Positions 32,831 through 40,783 of a stretch of DNA of 64,000 nt are shown piece after piece (positions within the stretch are counted from its first letter, which is position 1; each line of letters opens with the position of its first letter). The notes under the pieces were generated by a model. The model was given only the letters and a program-made list of their open reading frames with translations. It was not told the DNA's origin and did not search any database. Origin of the DNA: Longimicrobiales bacterium (GTDB lineage Bacteria > Gemmatimonadota > Gemmatimonadetes > Longimicrobiales > Gaopeijiaceae); the NCBI GenBank assembly GCA_951828585.1, contig OX639991.1:898576-962575 (forward strand), read 5' to 3'. The position numbers and the translations under genes are program-made.

Positions 32831-35020
32831 CTACCGGTCCATCGTCATCTTCGGCTTGCCGCCGTACTCCTCGAACCACTTCATCAGGTAGAGCTGGGTG
32901 CGCATGAAGTTGGACGGCTTCGAGCCGGTTCCGTGGTACTCGTCGTGGAACCATAGCAGCTTCGTCGGCACGCCCAGCTGCTTGAGCGCCTGGTAGTACT
33001 CCTCGGTCTGGGCCATCGGCGTGCGCAGGTCCAGCCCGCCGGTGATGAGGATGGTGGGCGTGGTGACCTTGCCGACATGCATCAGCGGGGAGTGCTCCAG
33101 GTACTTGTCCGGATTGTCCCAGGGGTACCCTTCATAGCGGTAGTATCCCCAGACGGGAATGTCGGCGGTGCCCGCGAAGCTGATCCAGTTGGTGACGGGA
33201 CAGCGCACGCCCGCAGCCGCGAATCGCGTGGTGTGGCCGATCACCCAGCTTGAGAGGACGCCGCCGCCGCTACACCCGGTCACGTACATCTGGTCCTCGT
33301 TGATGTAGCCGCGGCCGATCAGCGCGTCCACGCCGGCCATGAGGTCGTCGTAGTCGACCGAGGGGTAGCCGTTGTCGATGGCGTTGCCGAAGTCGGTGCC
33401 GTACCCGGTGCTGCCCCGCGGGTTGGTGTACAGGGTGACGTACCCGTTGGCCGCGAAGTTCTGGTAGGGGTAGCTGAAGCCCACGTTGTACATGCCGTGG
33501 GGACCGCCGTGGATGTGCAGGATGAGGGGGTAGCTCTCGGCGGGGTCGAAGCCGGGCGGCTTGACGATCCAGCCCTGCACCTGCGTGCCGCCGGTGGACT
33601 CGTACCAGATCTCCTCGACGTCGCCCAGGCGCTTGCCCGCGAGGATGTCGTCGTTGACGCGGGTGAGCTGGCGGATCTCGCCCGGGCGGTCAAGGTTGAA
33701 GGTGACGACATCGCCGGGCTGGTGGGGGGAGCTGAGCGTACCCACGGCGTGGCCTGCGAGCGTGGCCGAGGTGAAGGACAGCATATGGTTGCCTTCGGTG
33801 ACCTGGCTGACGTCGCCGTCAACGGTCGCGAAGTGGACGTTCATTGTGCCGCGGTCGCCGGCCGCGAAGAAGACGCCGCCTGAGTCGTCGGACCAGTGCA
33901 TGGCGCCCACATCCCGGTCCAGTTCGCCCGAGACGAGGCGCTGGTTGGCGCCGTCGAGGTCCATGACGTAGAGTTCGGTGGTCTTGTAGGTCTGGGAGGT
34001 CCAGGGAAAGCCGGTGTACGCGATGCGGCGACCGTCGGGCGACACCAGCGGCCGGCTCCAGGGACCCCGCTCCGATGTCAGCTGACGGATGTCGCCGCTG
34101 GCCAGGTCCATCGCGTAGATGTGCGATTCGCGGTACTTGTTGTCGGCGTCCTCCATGAGGCCGTCGAAGATGAGCGTGCCGCCGTCGGGGGTCAGGTCGT
34201 AGCCCACGTTGCCGACGCCGGGGACAAAGGTCGCGCCCGCGTACCACTCCCCCGAGGTGAGTTGTTGCGCGGTGCCGCCGTCGGCGGGGACCCGGAAGAG
34301 GTGCGTGAAGCCCTCCTCGAGGAAGCCGATCCGGTCGTAGCGGAAATGAACCCGGTCGATGACGCGGGGCGCGGGCGTCCACTCCGCGCCCTCCGGAGCC
34401 GCAGGCAGGTCAATGGGCCACGGGTCGGAGTGGGGGACGTGACGCTGGAAGTAGATGTGCTGCCCGTCGGGCGACCACCTGAAGTTGGTGGGAGCCTCGG
34501 TCTCGCGGGTGACCTGGGTGGTGGCGCCCTCGGCGTCCATCCAGCGCACGAAGATCTGCTGACCGGAAGGCTCGCCGGGCGCCAGGTAGGCGATCCGCGT
34601 GCCGTCGGGGGACCAGCGGGGACTGGAGCCCTTCAGCAGGAGGCGCTGGCGCCCGCCGTCGGCGTCCATGATGCGGATCTCCGAGTCGAAACGGTCTTCC
34701 ATCTTGTTCACCCAGGAGCGGGTGAAGAGGATCCGGGTGCCGTCGGGGGAGATCCGGGGGTCGCCGACACGCTCCATGTCCAAGTAGTGGCCGACGGTGA
34801 GGAGGTCAGGGGCGGGGGTCTCCTGGGCGGTGGCGGGGGTGGGAGGGATGAGGGCCGTGAGAGCGAGGGCGGCCAAGGCGAGCTTCGCCAGACCGAATGT
34901 GGCCAGGCCGTGCGTGGCGATCAGCCCGCGGCCTCTGGTGGCCCGTGCTGGGAACACCGTCGGCGAGAGAGCGGGGTCTGTCCGCGAATTGTTCGTGAAT
35001 CCAGTGGTGTCGAGTGTCAT
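32831..35020 (-). CDS. S9-family prolyl oligopeptidase / acylaminoacyl-peptidase with a TolB-like beta-propeller
   Basis: ATG at 35020 (GTG at 35023). Propeller repeats 'SPDGTRI..'. Catalytic 'GCSGGG', then 'DLRTP' and 'HG' triad context. Confidence 0.9.
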   Translation of the reverse strand: MTLDTTGFTNNSRTDPALSPTVFPARATRGRGLIATHGLATFGLAKLALAALALTALIPPTPATAQETPAPDLLTVGHYLDMERVGDPRISPDGTRILFTRSWVNKMEDRFDSEIRIMDADGGRQRLLLKGSSPRWSPDGTRIAYLAPGEPSGQQIFVRWMDAEGATTQVTRETEAPTNFRWSPDGQHIYFQRHVPHSDPWPIDLPAAPEGAEWTPAPRVIDRVHFRYDRIGFLEEGFTHLFRVPADGGTAQQLTSGEWYAGATFVPGVGNVGYDLTPDGGTLIFDGLMEDADNKYRESHIYAMDLASGDIRQLTSERGPWSRPLVSPDGRRIAYTGFPWTSQTYKTTELYVMDLDGANQRLVSGELDRDVGAMHWSDDSGGVFFAAGDRGTMNVHFATVDGDVSQVTEGNHMLSFTSATLAGHAVGTLSSPHQPGDVVTFNLDRPGEIRQLTRVNDDILAGKRLGDVEEIWYESTGGTQVQGWIVKPPGFDPAESYPLILHIHGGPHGMYNVGFSYPYQNFAANGYVTLYTNPRGSTGYGTDFGNAIDNGYPSVDYDDLMAGVDALIGRGYINEDQMYVTGCSGGGVLSSWVIGHTTRFAAAGVRCPVTNWISFAGTADIPVWGYYRYEGYPWDNPDKYLEHSPLMHVGKVTTPTILITGGLDLRTPMAQTEEYYQALKQLGVPTKLLWFHDEYHGTGSKPSNFMRTQLYLMKWFEEYGGKPKMTMDR

Positions 35021-35131
35021 CACCTATCTCCTGTTGCTTGTGACGCGGTGCGGTGGGACTGTCATTCTACCGGCCGCGCCCCCACCCGGCGAGAGTCTCA
35101 CCATCCTTTCACCGTCACACATGCCGCAAAC

Positions 35132-36019
35132 GTGAACGTCCACCTCATCGACGGCACCTACGAACTCTTCCGGCACCACTTCGGCGGCGCCCCGGCCACC
35201 GATCGCGAGGGCCGGCCCGTGGGCGCCATACGCGGCGTACTGGCCTCGCTCCTCGGCATGCTTGAGCTGGGCGCGACGCACATGGCCGTCGCCACCGATC
35301 ACGTCATCGAGTCCTTCCGCAACGACTTGTGGCCCGGCTACAAGACGGGCGCGGGCATCGACCCCGACCTTCTGGCCCAGTTCCATCCGCTCGAGGACGC
35401 GCTAAGGGCGATGGGCGTGCAGGTGTGGGCCATGGAGGAACTGGAGGCCGATGACGGGCTGGCATCGGGGGCGGCGCGGGCGGCCCGCGACCCCCGGGTC
35501 GAGCGCGTGTATATCTGCACGCCGGACAAGGATCTGTCGCAGTGCGTGGTGGGTAGTCGGGTGGTTCAGTGGGACAGGCGGAAGGACGAGATTCGCGACG
35601 CGGATGGGGTGGTGGCGAAGTTCGGGGTGGGGCCCGCGAGCATTCCGGATTATCTGGCCCTGGTGGGCGACAGCGCGGACGGGTTTCCGGGGATTCCGGG
35701 GTGGGGGGCGAAGTCGACCGCGGCGGTGCTGGGTCGGTATCGACATCTGGAGCACATTCCGGGGCGTGTGGACCGCTGGGACGTGCAGGTGCGGGGGGCG
35801 AAGAGGCTGGCGGCGACGCTGGCGGCCAATCGGGCGGCGGCGCTGCTGTTTCGCGACCTGGCGACCTTGCGCGACAGTGCGGCGGTCTTCGAGGAGGTGG
35901 ACGAGTTGGAGTGGAGGGGGGTGGGGGACGGCTTCAGGGAGCTGGTTGAGGGGTTTGGGGTGGTGGGGTTGTGGAGGCGGGCGGTGCGGTTGGGGGAGTC
36001 GCGGCTTGGGGGTCGGTGA
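35132..36019 (+). CDS. 5'-3' exonuclease / flap endonuclease (Pol I N-terminal domain-like, stand-alone)
   Basis: GTG at 35132. 'VHLIDGTYELFR', 'CTPDKDLSQCV', 'LVGDSADGFPGIPGWGAKSTA' (H3TH). The upstream part of the long track ORF is antisense to the S9 peptidase. Confidence 0.8.
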   Translation: MNVHLIDGTYELFRHHFGGAPATDREGRPVGAIRGVLASLLGMLELGATHMAVATDHVIESFRNDLWPGYKTGAGIDPDLLAQFHPLEDALRAMGVQVWAMEELEADDGLASGAARAARDPRVERVYICTPDKDLSQCVVGSRVVQWDRRKDEIRDADGVVAKFGVGPASIPDYLALVGDSADGFPGIPGWGAKSTAAVLGRYRHLEHIPGRVDRWDVQVRGAKRLAATLAANRAAALLFRDLATLRDSAAVFEEVDELEWRGVGDGFRELVEGFGVVGLWRRAVRLGESRLGGR

Positions 36020-36096
36020 TCCACCTCGGCGGGGCACCGCTTGTCACTGACAGGACGATGATCTAGAGTCTACATACTGTCTGGACCCATGCTCCC

Positions 36097-36861
36097 ATGT
36101 TCCGGCAGCAACCACGAGTTCGAATGGCCCGTAAACGCCACCTCACCCAGGCACCCATCCGCGAAGCGGTCCTCGATGTGCGTATCGAGACCGAGGAACC
36201 AGTCGATCCAGGTCGTTTGCGACAAGTCCTGGAGTCGTTGGACGGATTCCCGGAAGTTCATGAGCTTGCTCCGGACTCGCTGCCCCCTCACTTCCCCAGT
36301 GAACTCCAACAAGGCAGCCCCACCGAGGCTGAGACCGTCATCGGAGTGCGTGGAATCAGCAGGGATCGTGATTGGGTGATCGATTTTCGGCAACATGGTG
36401 TCACCTTCATCCGTAGGGCTCCGTATCCTGACTGGGAGGAATACTCTGCGCAGTCGCGCCCATTGGTCGAAGGGTTTCTTGATGTTGCCAACCCTCACGA
36501 GGTCGTTCGACTGGCTCTCCGGTACATCAACCATTTCAGGCTGCCGGACCGCGATCCCAGGGACTATTTCGTGGCCCTCCCTTCGTTCCCGAGTTCGCTG
36601 GAGCTACCGGTGGACCACATACTGTCCGCCATTAGCGCAAGCGATCCGGAATCCGGGCTCTCCGCGCATGTCACACATGTTCTGCTGGACGATCTGGCAC
36701 CCGAGAGGATCGGGTTCCTTTTGGATATCGATGTCTTCTCGGACAACCGGTTCGCTCCCCGAACGGATCAGTTTTGGGGAACCTTTGAGAAACTCAGGCA
36801 CTTCAAGAATAGACTCTTCTTCGAATTGATCACCGAGCGAAACGCGAGAATCCACGAATGA
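36097..36861 (+). CDS. TIGR04255-like uncharacterised protein (tentative)
   Basis: ATG at 36097 (alternative ATG at 36124). 'LTQAPIREAVLDVRIE' N-terminal signature and a size of about 250 aa resemble the TIGR04255 family, recalled from memory. Lower GC than neighbours. Confidence 0.5.
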   Translation: MFRQQPRVRMARKRHLTQAPIREAVLDVRIETEEPVDPGRLRQVLESLDGFPEVHELAPDSLPPHFPSELQQGSPTEAETVIGVRGISRDRDWVIDFRQHGVTFIRRAPYPDWEEYSAQSRPLVEGFLDVANPHEVVRLALRYINHFRLPDRDPRDYFVALPSFPSSLELPVDHILSAISASDPESGLSAHVTHVLLDDLAPERIGFLLDIDVFSDNRFAPRTDQFWGTFEKLRHFKNRLFFELITERNARIHE

Positions 36862-37322
36862 TCCTGACACGACGGATCACCGTCCCCACTCGGCAGTACC
36901 GATCGCGTGCATTGTATGAGAAGGCGCTGGAGGCAGATCGGGAGATTGGTCAGCTCACACGCAGGAGCAAGAGTCCGGGCTATTGGATGGCCAGGATGGA
37001 TCTCATCGACCTGCTCGAGGCGTCCGGGGCGATGGAAGAAGACACCTTGCTGCCCGCGACATTCGCCAGAGCCAGACGCTTGCTGGAAACGATTCCATCA
37101 GGGTTCCCGGTTCCCGAGATCGCCCTCGACCCCGATGGTGAGGTAGCGTTCGATTGGATACGTAGTGATCGTACCATGGTCTCTGTCAGCATCGGCCCCG
37201 GGGGAGACCCCAGTTACGCCGCCGGGCTCCCCGACGGTACGGCCTACGGATTTGTGCGATGGACGGATACCTTTCCGACCGCGCTGAAGGACCTGCTCAG
37301 ACGTCTCTACCATCCCCGCTGA
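36858..37322 (+). CDS. Hypothetical protein (154 aa), cassette gene 2
   Basis: ATGA start/stop overlap with gene 1 (36858-36861). No signal peptide, TM segment or recognised motif. Confidence 0.5.
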   Translation: MILTRRITVPTRQYRSRALYEKALEADREIGQLTRRSKSPGYWMARMDLIDLLEASGAMEEDTLLPATFARARRLLETIPSGFPVPEIALDPDGEVAFDWIRSDRTMVSVSIGPGGDPSYAAGLPDGTAYGFVRWTDTFPTALKDLLRRLYHPR

Positions 37323-37328
37323 CCACCG

Positions 37329-37712
37329 ATGGGTGAAATCGCCCGATTCCTTTTTCACCGCCGCCAATACGCACCGAGCAAACAGATCGTTAAGCCCGGG
37401 GCGTTTCTTCCAAACAATGGACAGACTTCGGTGTTCGAGATTTCCGGGTTGCCGGAACCGGATATCCGCACCATCGGCATCCAGGTCGGCTCGGCCCGTA
37501 GCACCGAACCACGTGGGCGGGGTGAACTCACACACCAGGATGTGGAGGACGCCGGCCTCCTGTTCGAGCGCGACGACAAACCCCCAAGGCACGGAAACCT
37601 GGTCGGGTGGCCCTCGGCGGACGGCAGGAGAAAAGACCGAAACAAGGATGTCGCCCGGCGCCTTGCTCAGAAAGCGGTACTGGTGCTGCACCGCCGACCG
37701 GAGAACCGGTAG
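37329..37712 (+). CDS. Hypothetical protein (127 aa), cassette gene 3
   Basis: ATG 6 nt after the gene 2 stop. 'GELTHQDVEDAGLLFERDDKPPRHGNLVGWP'. No recognised family. Confidence 0.5.
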   Translation: MGEIARFLFHRRQYAPSKQIVKPGAFLPNNGQTSVFEISGLPEPDIRTIGIQVGSARSTEPRGRGELTHQDVEDAGLLFERDDKPPRHGNLVGWPSADGRRKDRNKDVARRLAQKAVLVLHRRPENR

Positions 37713-37721
37713 GAAGATCCC

Positions 37722-39182
37722 CTACCCCACCGTCTTCAGGATCCAGTCCGCAATCACTTCCATCACCTCGACCGACCAGGTCTCCTCGATGGCCTGGTAC
37801 TCGCTGGGCGCCCCGGTCTCCGAGTGCTGGAAGAGGTGGTTGAGGTCGGGGAAGGAGTGGATCTCGTAGCGGGTGTTGCCGCCACGCTGCAGGGCCGCCT
37901 CGATCTCGCGGAGGTTCTCTTCGTGGGGGACCTGGAGGTCCTTTTCGCCGTTGATGGCCAGGACGGGGACGGTGACCCGCTCGATCGTCTCCGCGGGGTC
38001 GTAGGTCAGGAAGTAGCGAAGCCAGGCATCGCTGGCCAGTGAGGTCAGCAGCTGTTCAACCATGGAAGGGGCGTTGATGCCGTCCTGGCCCTCCAACCGC
38101 TCACGCACTTCCGTCCCCGACGCCTGAAAGACCGCCGCGATCGCTTCGACCGCGCGTTCGGGATCGGACTCGGACTTCAGGATTTCGAAGACGGCTCGAT
38201 TAGTCTCCTGGATCTCCGCGATCTCCTCTTCGGAGGCACCGCCCGCGCGGGCGATCAACTCGGTTTGCGCGTAGGCCAGGGTCTCGCCAAGTACGCCAGG
38301 CGCCGCCATAAGGACGATGTAGCTGACATCGGGAGACTCCACCGCCACCATGGGGGCGATCACACCGCCCTCGGAGTGCCCGACGAGCCCGATCCTGCCG
38401 GGGTCGACATCGTCGCGGCCCTTGAGGTACGCCACCCCGGCCAGCGCGTCCGAAGCGAACTCCTCCGAGGTCGCTGCTCCGAAGTCCCCGGTCGATCCAC
38501 CCACGCCACGGTCGTCGTAGCGCAGCACCGCGATCCCGCGCCGGGTAAGGTGGTCGGCCAGCACCAGGAAGGGGCTGTGCCCCAGGGCGGCTCCGTCGCG
38601 GTTCTGGGGACCCGAACCCGAGATCAGGATCACGGCCGGGAAGGGGCCGCCGGACGGGGGCAGGGTGAAGGTGCCCGCCAGCGTGTGACCTCCGATCGGG
38701 TTGGGATAGGTCACGTCCTCGGCCAGGTACGGGAAGGGCTCCTCGGGGTCCTGGGGCCTCCTCGCCGGAGCCTCGGCTGCGTCCACGCGATCCAGGATGA
38801 GCGGGAAGGTCCGGCCTTCCTGTGTGAAGGCCCCCGTGATCTTTCCATCCACTCGAGACAGCGTGCCGGTGTAGGATGCTTCGGCCATCGACATTTTCAT
38901 CGAGATTGTGTCGCCGTTGACGGTGGCCTCGAAGGGGTCACCCCGATCGTAGGTGTATTTGACCTGCGCGTTCCCCCGCTCCATCGAGAACTCCGTGAAT
39001 TGCAGCACGCCTTCCACCTCGGCCAGGACGAAGCGTATCTGCTGCTCCACACCGTCGGCCTCCACACTGCCCCCCCAGGTTCCCACAAAGCCGGTGGATT
39101 CCACACCGTCCCCTTCCTGCCTGGCCACGCCGGGAACCGGTGCGGCGAGGAGGGCGGTCACACAGACCAGCAGAGCCTTCAT
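37722..39182 (-). CDS. Secreted alpha/beta hydrolase with an N-terminal lipocalin-like domain (paralog 1)
   Basis: ATG at 39182. Signal 'MKALLVCVTALLAAPVPGVA'. Nucleophile elbow 'GHSEGG'. About two-thirds identical by eye to the adjacent gene. Confidence 0.8.
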   Translation of the reverse strand: MKALLVCVTALLAAPVPGVARQEGDGVESTGFVGTWGGSVEADGVEQQIRFVLAEVEGVLQFTEFSMERGNAQVKYTYDRGDPFEATVNGDTISMKMSMAEASYTGTLSRVDGKITGAFTQEGRTFPLILDRVDAAEAPARRPQDPEEPFPYLAEDVTYPNPIGGHTLAGTFTLPPSGGPFPAVILISGSGPQNRDGAALGHSPFLVLADHLTRRGIAVLRYDDRGVGGSTGDFGAATSEEFASDALAGVAYLKGRDDVDPGRIGLVGHSEGGVIAPMVAVESPDVSYIVLMAAPGVLGETLAYAQTELIARAGGASEEEIAEIQETNRAVFEILKSESDPERAVEAIAAVFQASGTEVRERLEGQDGINAPSMVEQLLTSLASDAWLRYFLTYDPAETIERVTVPVLAINGEKDLQVPHEENLREIEAALQRGGNTRYEIHSFPDLNHLFQHSETGAPSEYQAIEETWSVEVMEVIADWILKTVG

Positions 39183-39190
39183 TGTCGCCC

Positions 39191-40642
39191 CTACCCCCCC
39201 ACCGTCTTCAGAATCCAGTCCGCAATCACTTCCATCACCTCGACCGCCCATGTCTCTTCAATCGCCTGGTATTCACTGGGCGCCCCCGTCTCCGAATGCT
39301 GGAAGAGGTGGTTGAGGTCGGGGAAGGAGTGGATCTCGTAACGGGTGTTCCCGCCGCGCTGCAGCGCCGCCTCGATCTCGCGCAGATTCTCCTCGTAGGG
39401 GACCTGCAGGTCCTTCTCGCCGTTGATCGCCAGGACGGGGACGGTGACTTGCTCGATCATCTCCGCGGGCTCGTAGGTCAGGAAGTAACGGAACCAGGGG
39501 GTGTTGAGCTGCTGCACCTGCGCCGCGATCACGGTCTCCGCCAACGCCGAGTCGGTGATGCCGACCTGGGCCAGCTCCGCGTCGCTCGCCGTCTCCAGAC
39601 TGGCACGAATGATCGCTTCGATCGCCTGGCCCGCCCGTTCCAGATCCGGCTCCGACTTGAGCACCTCGAAGATGCGCTCCTGCCGGGCCCGGTTGCTGGC
39701 AATCTCGTCCTCGGTCGCCCCACCGGCTCGCAGCATCAGCGCCGCCTGGGCATACAAAATGCGTTCGCCGTTCACCCCGGTGCCGGCCATGAGGACGATG
39801 TAGCTCACGTCGTCGGACTCGGCCGCCGCGATGGGCGCGACGACGCCGCCTTCGGAGTGGCCGGCAAGGCCGATCGCGGAGGGATTCACGTCGTCCCGCG
39901 TCTTGAGGTAGGCCACCGCGGCCAGCGCGTCGGAGGCGAAGTCGGGTGTGGTCGCCGTGGCGAAGGCACCCGTCGACTGGCCCACGCCGCGGTCGTCGTA
40001 GCGCAGGACGGCGATTCCGCGCCGGGTGAGGTGGTCGGCCAGGACCAGGAATGGGCGGTGTCCCATGAGCGCCTCGTTGCGGTCCTGGGGGCCTGAACCC
40101 GAGATGAGGATCACGGCCGGGAAGGGGCCTCCGTCGGCTGGCCGGGTGAAGGTGCCGGCCATGGTGTGGCCGCCGTCGGGGTTCGGGTAGGTGACGTCTT
40201 CGGCCAGGTACGGGTAGGGTTCGACGGGGTCCTGGGGGCGGCTGACGTCGGTTTCTTCCTCGGACACCCGTTCCAGGACGAGGGGAAAGTCGGCGCCGGC
40301 CTGGGTGAAGGTTCCGGTGATCTTCCCGTCTTCCGCGGAAAAGGTGCCTTCGTAGGAGGCTCCGGCGGCCGGCATCGATACGGTGATGGTGGCGCCGCTC
40401 GCGGCGATGCTCACGTTCGGTATCTCGGCGTTGCCCTGGTCCAGGGAGAAGACGGCGACGCTCAGGGCCCCTTCGTCTCCGGTCACTACGAAGCGGAGCC
40501 GCAATTGGGCGGCGCCCACATCAAGGGTGCCCATCCAGTTACCGGCAAAGTCGGCGGGGGCGGGGTTCTCCGGTTCCTGGGCTGTGATTTCGGTGGCCAG
40601 CGGTGCGATGATGGCGGCGATACATGCCAGTAGAACTCTCAT
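39191..40642 (-). CDS. Secreted alpha/beta hydrolase with an N-terminal lipocalin-like domain (paralog 2)
   Basis: ATG at 40642. 'GHSEGG'. The C-terminal 'NGEKDLQVPYEENLREIEAALQRGGNTRYEIHSFPDLNHLFQHSETGAPSEYQAIEETW' differs from paralog 1 at only one residue (Y/H). Confidence 0.8.
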   Translation of the reverse strand: MRVLLACIAAIIAPLATEITAQEPENPAPADFAGNWMGTLDVGAAQLRLRFVVTGDEGALSVAVFSLDQGNAEIPNVSIAASGATITVSMPAAGASYEGTFSAEDGKITGTFTQAGADFPLVLERVSEEETDVSRPQDPVEPYPYLAEDVTYPNPDGGHTMAGTFTRPADGGPFPAVILISGSGPQDRNEALMGHRPFLVLADHLTRRGIAVLRYDDRGVGQSTGAFATATTPDFASDALAAVAYLKTRDDVNPSAIGLAGHSEGGVVAPIAAAESDDVSYIVLMAGTGVNGERILYAQAALMLRAGGATEDEIASNRARQERIFEVLKSEPDLERAGQAIEAIIRASLETASDAELAQVGITDSALAETVIAAQVQQLNTPWFRYFLTYEPAEMIEQVTVPVLAINGEKDLQVPYEENLREIEAALQRGGNTRYEIHSFPDLNHLFQHSETGAPSEYQAIEETWAVEVMEVIADWILKTVGG

Positions 40643-40705
40643 GTTATGAGTACCTTATGAGTATGATTGTCTTGAACGAATCGAAGGAATGTCATCTGTG
40701 ATTTC

Positions 40706-40732
40706 CATAATGTAAACTGCCGTTGACATATG
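40706..40732. repeat. AT-rich motif site b: CATAATGTA-N10-gACATaTG (degenerate right arm)
   Basis: The left arm is identical to site a. Located in the AT-rich island upstream of the hydrolase gene start at 40642. Confidence 0.5.
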
Positions 40733-40783
40733 AGCCGGAGGCCCGTGCGACACCGCAAGATACGCCTCCCGGTCCCCCACCCA

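Noticed and set aside
40644-40663. Direct repeat TTATGAGTA x2 (11-bp period) immediately upstream of the hydrolase start codon
   Set aside because: It is short, occurs once and lies in AT-rich DNA, so it could be chance. It is noted only as context for the AT-rich island.
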